Origin: Candidatus Woesearchaeota archaeon
GTDB taxonomy: Archaea; Nanobdellota; Nanobdellia; SCGC-AAA011-G17; GW2011-AR17
Length of the DNA: 53,977 nucleotides
Reading direction: 5' to 3'
Assembly: GCA_043818535.1 (NCBI GenBank)
Contig: JBDRFS010000057.1
Location: forward strand, 1 to 53,977
In this document: piece by piece, positions 52,580 to 53,977 of the stretch
How the letters are laid out: every line of letters begins with the position of its first letter
Position numbering within the stretch: the stretch's first letter is position 1
Program-made: the position numbers and the translations under genes
Notes under the pieces: model-generated
Told to the model about the DNA's origin: nothing
The model's input: the letters and a program-made list of their open reading frames with translations, nothing else
Databases searched by the model: none

Positions 52580-53793
52580 ATGCCTAGGGCCTCACCAAGT
52601 ATTTTCTTTACATTAGGGGTATTTGACGATGGAATATTTATACAAATCTGTCTTGTTCTTCCATATCTTCCATGGCTTATTACCTTAGCATTGATTAGGC
52701 CTTGCATGTCCAACTCTGCTATTATGTCTGATATTCTTCTTTGTGTCAAAGGCCTCACTTTCGACTTGTTGCAATATTCCTTATAAATATCATAAACATC
52801 TCCTGTAAAGACAGAGGACTCCTTGCCTCTTTTATCTTTCAGGCTGAATATGGAATAAAGAGTAAGTTGTGACTGCTTAGGGAGTTTTATCACAAGATCA
52901 TCCATCCTGTCCCTTTCTATTTTTTCCTCTGCCTGGTCTAGATTTGCTATAGATACTTTAGATTCATTCCTTCTCTCTGTAATCTCCCCTGCTACTCTCA
53001 AAAGTTCCAAAGCCCTTCTTGCATCCCCGTGTTCCCTTGCTGCATAAGCAGCGCATTTTGCCAGGACTCCAGATTCCAAAGCATCCTCTCTAAAAGATTT
53101 TGAAGCTCTTTCTTCAAGTATACTTTGTAATTGTAAAGCATTGTAAGGTGGAAACAATATTTCCTCTTCTGATAATGAGCTTCTGACTCTCGGATCAAGG
53201 TTATCAGTAAATGTTATGTTATTGGATATTCCCAAAATTGAGATTTCGCTGTTTTCCAGCTCAGCGTTGAGCCTTGTAAGATTATAGAGGATTTCATTGC
53301 CTGACTTCTGCACAAGCTGGTCTATCTCATCAAGTATTATTATAAGAAGTATTTTTTTTCTGTTTAACGCATTAAGAAAAAGCTTGTAAACCTCATCCGT
53401 AGGAAGTCCAGTTGCAGGAACTTCTTCACCAAAACAACTTCTTGTAAGCTCTGCAACCATCCTATATTCAGTATCTGACACCCTCTTAAGTTTGCAGTTG
53501 AGATAGAAAACTTTTATTGCTAGCTTGTTCTTTTCAGCTATCTTCATCAGGTTTTCTGTCACATATTTTGCAACAAGTGTCTTGCCTGTGCCTGTTTTAC
53601 CATATATGAAAATGTTCGACGGCTTATCCAACCTCAAGGTAGGAGCAAGTATACCTGCTAGCTTATTGATTTCACCTTCCCTGTGCGGAATGTTTTCAGG
53701 GATATGCTGGTTCTGCAAAATTTTCTTGTCTCTAAACAAAGGTTCCTTACTAAGATAATTTTCAAAGAAAGATTCCAACCTCTTTTCAGACAT
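52576..53793 (-). CDS. cdc6: Orc1/Cdc6 replication initiator
   Basis: AAA+ domain with GKTGTGKT and Walker B LIIILDEID, plus a C-terminal winged helix (...RISDIIAELDMQGLINAKV). Confidence 0.95.
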   Translation of the reverse strand: MSEKRLESFFENYLSKEPLFRDKKILQNQHIPENIPHREGEINKLAGILAPTLRLDKPSNIFIYGKTGTGKTLVAKYVTENLMKIAEKNKLAIKVFYLNCKLKRVSDTEYRMVAELTRSCFGEEVPATGLPTDEVYKLFLNALNRKKILLIIILDEIDQLVQKSGNEILYNLTRLNAELENSEISILGISNNITFTDNLDPRVRSSLSEEEILFPPYNALQLQSILEERASKSFREDALESGVLAKCAAYAAREHGDARRALELLRVAGEITERRNESKVSIANLDQAEEKIERDRMDDLVIKLPKQSQLTLYSIFSLKDKRGKESSVFTGDVYDIYKEYCNKSKVRPLTQRRISDIIAELDMQGLINAKVISHGRYGRTRQICINIPSSNTPNVKKILGEALGI

Positions 53794-53860
53794 ATTAGGA
53801 TTTATTAAATTTTATAGCTTATTTAAAGATTACTATACTACAAAATAGAGACTGAGACCT

Positions 53861-53949
53861 CTATTTCCTGTGGAACTAAATTAAAAGGTTATGATAAGCC
53901 TTAAAAAAGTGTTGTCACTTTAAGTAGTACTGCTATTTCTTGTGCAACT
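53861..53949. promoter_or_regulatory. Two direct ORB-like repeats upstream of orc1/cdc6 (candidate oriC edge)
   Basis: CTATTTCCTGTGGAACT (53861-53877) and CTATTTCTTGTGCAACT (53933-53949) match at 15 of 17 positions. The first contains the dyad TTCC-ACA-GGAA (reverse complement), resembling the TTCCAGTGGAA core of archaeal origin recognition boxes. The context is AT-rich. Confidence 0.35.
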
Positions 53950-53977
53950 TCTAAATAGTAAACGAATTCTTATATAT

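Noticed and set aside
1-53977. CRISPR arrays, rRNA genes and tRNA genes.
   Set aside because: Scanning intergenic regions by eye, I found no regularly spaced identical repeats of 25-40 bp, no rRNA-like conserved stretches and no cloverleaf with a GTTC(G/A)A T-loop. This is a manual negative result, and a tRNAscan/Infernal run should confirm it.

Overview
This is an AT-rich, tightly packed archaeal chromosomal segment with about 60 supported genes, mostly on the minus strand. I saw no rRNA, tRNA or CRISPR array by eye.

Archaeal hallmarks:
- An orc1/cdc6 - PolD small subunit - PolD large subunit operon at 46134-53793, with ORB-like repeats at the right edge. The large subunit carries a 482-aa LAGLIDADG intein.
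- A membrane LonB protease and an H+/Na+ pyrophosphatase.
- ArgRS, SerRS and GlmS.
- Many small salvage, redox and regulatory genes. This content fits a small-genome (DPANN-like) archaeon, but that cannot be proven from the sequence.

The standout is a diversity-generating retroelement (DGR):
- An 88-nt template repeat (TR, 23729-23816) lies just upstream of a DGR-type reverse transcriptase (23845-25428).
- Two intact 88-nt variable repeats (VR1 25660-25747, VR2 27615-27702) sit on the opposite strand and differ from the TR only at TR adenines.
- The two diversified genes are the last two cistrons of a translationally coupled five-gene operon: radical SAM, tandem AAA+ ATPase, unknown, variable protein 2, variable protein 1. 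The operon lies directly downstream of lonB.
- Neither variable protein has a signal peptide.
- Two decayed VR cassettes lie elsewhere, at about 34.1-34.4 kb and about 46.0-46.1 kb.

Other points of interest:
- An 11-bp phased tandem array upstream of a wHTH gene.
- An integrase/HNH/PLD cluster next to a truncated gene.
- An array of dissimilar hairpins in a 590-bp intergenic gap.
- A 77-nt Y-shaped element.
- A recurring sequence element at gene 3' ends.

All alignments were done by hand and coordinates may be off by a few nucleotides.
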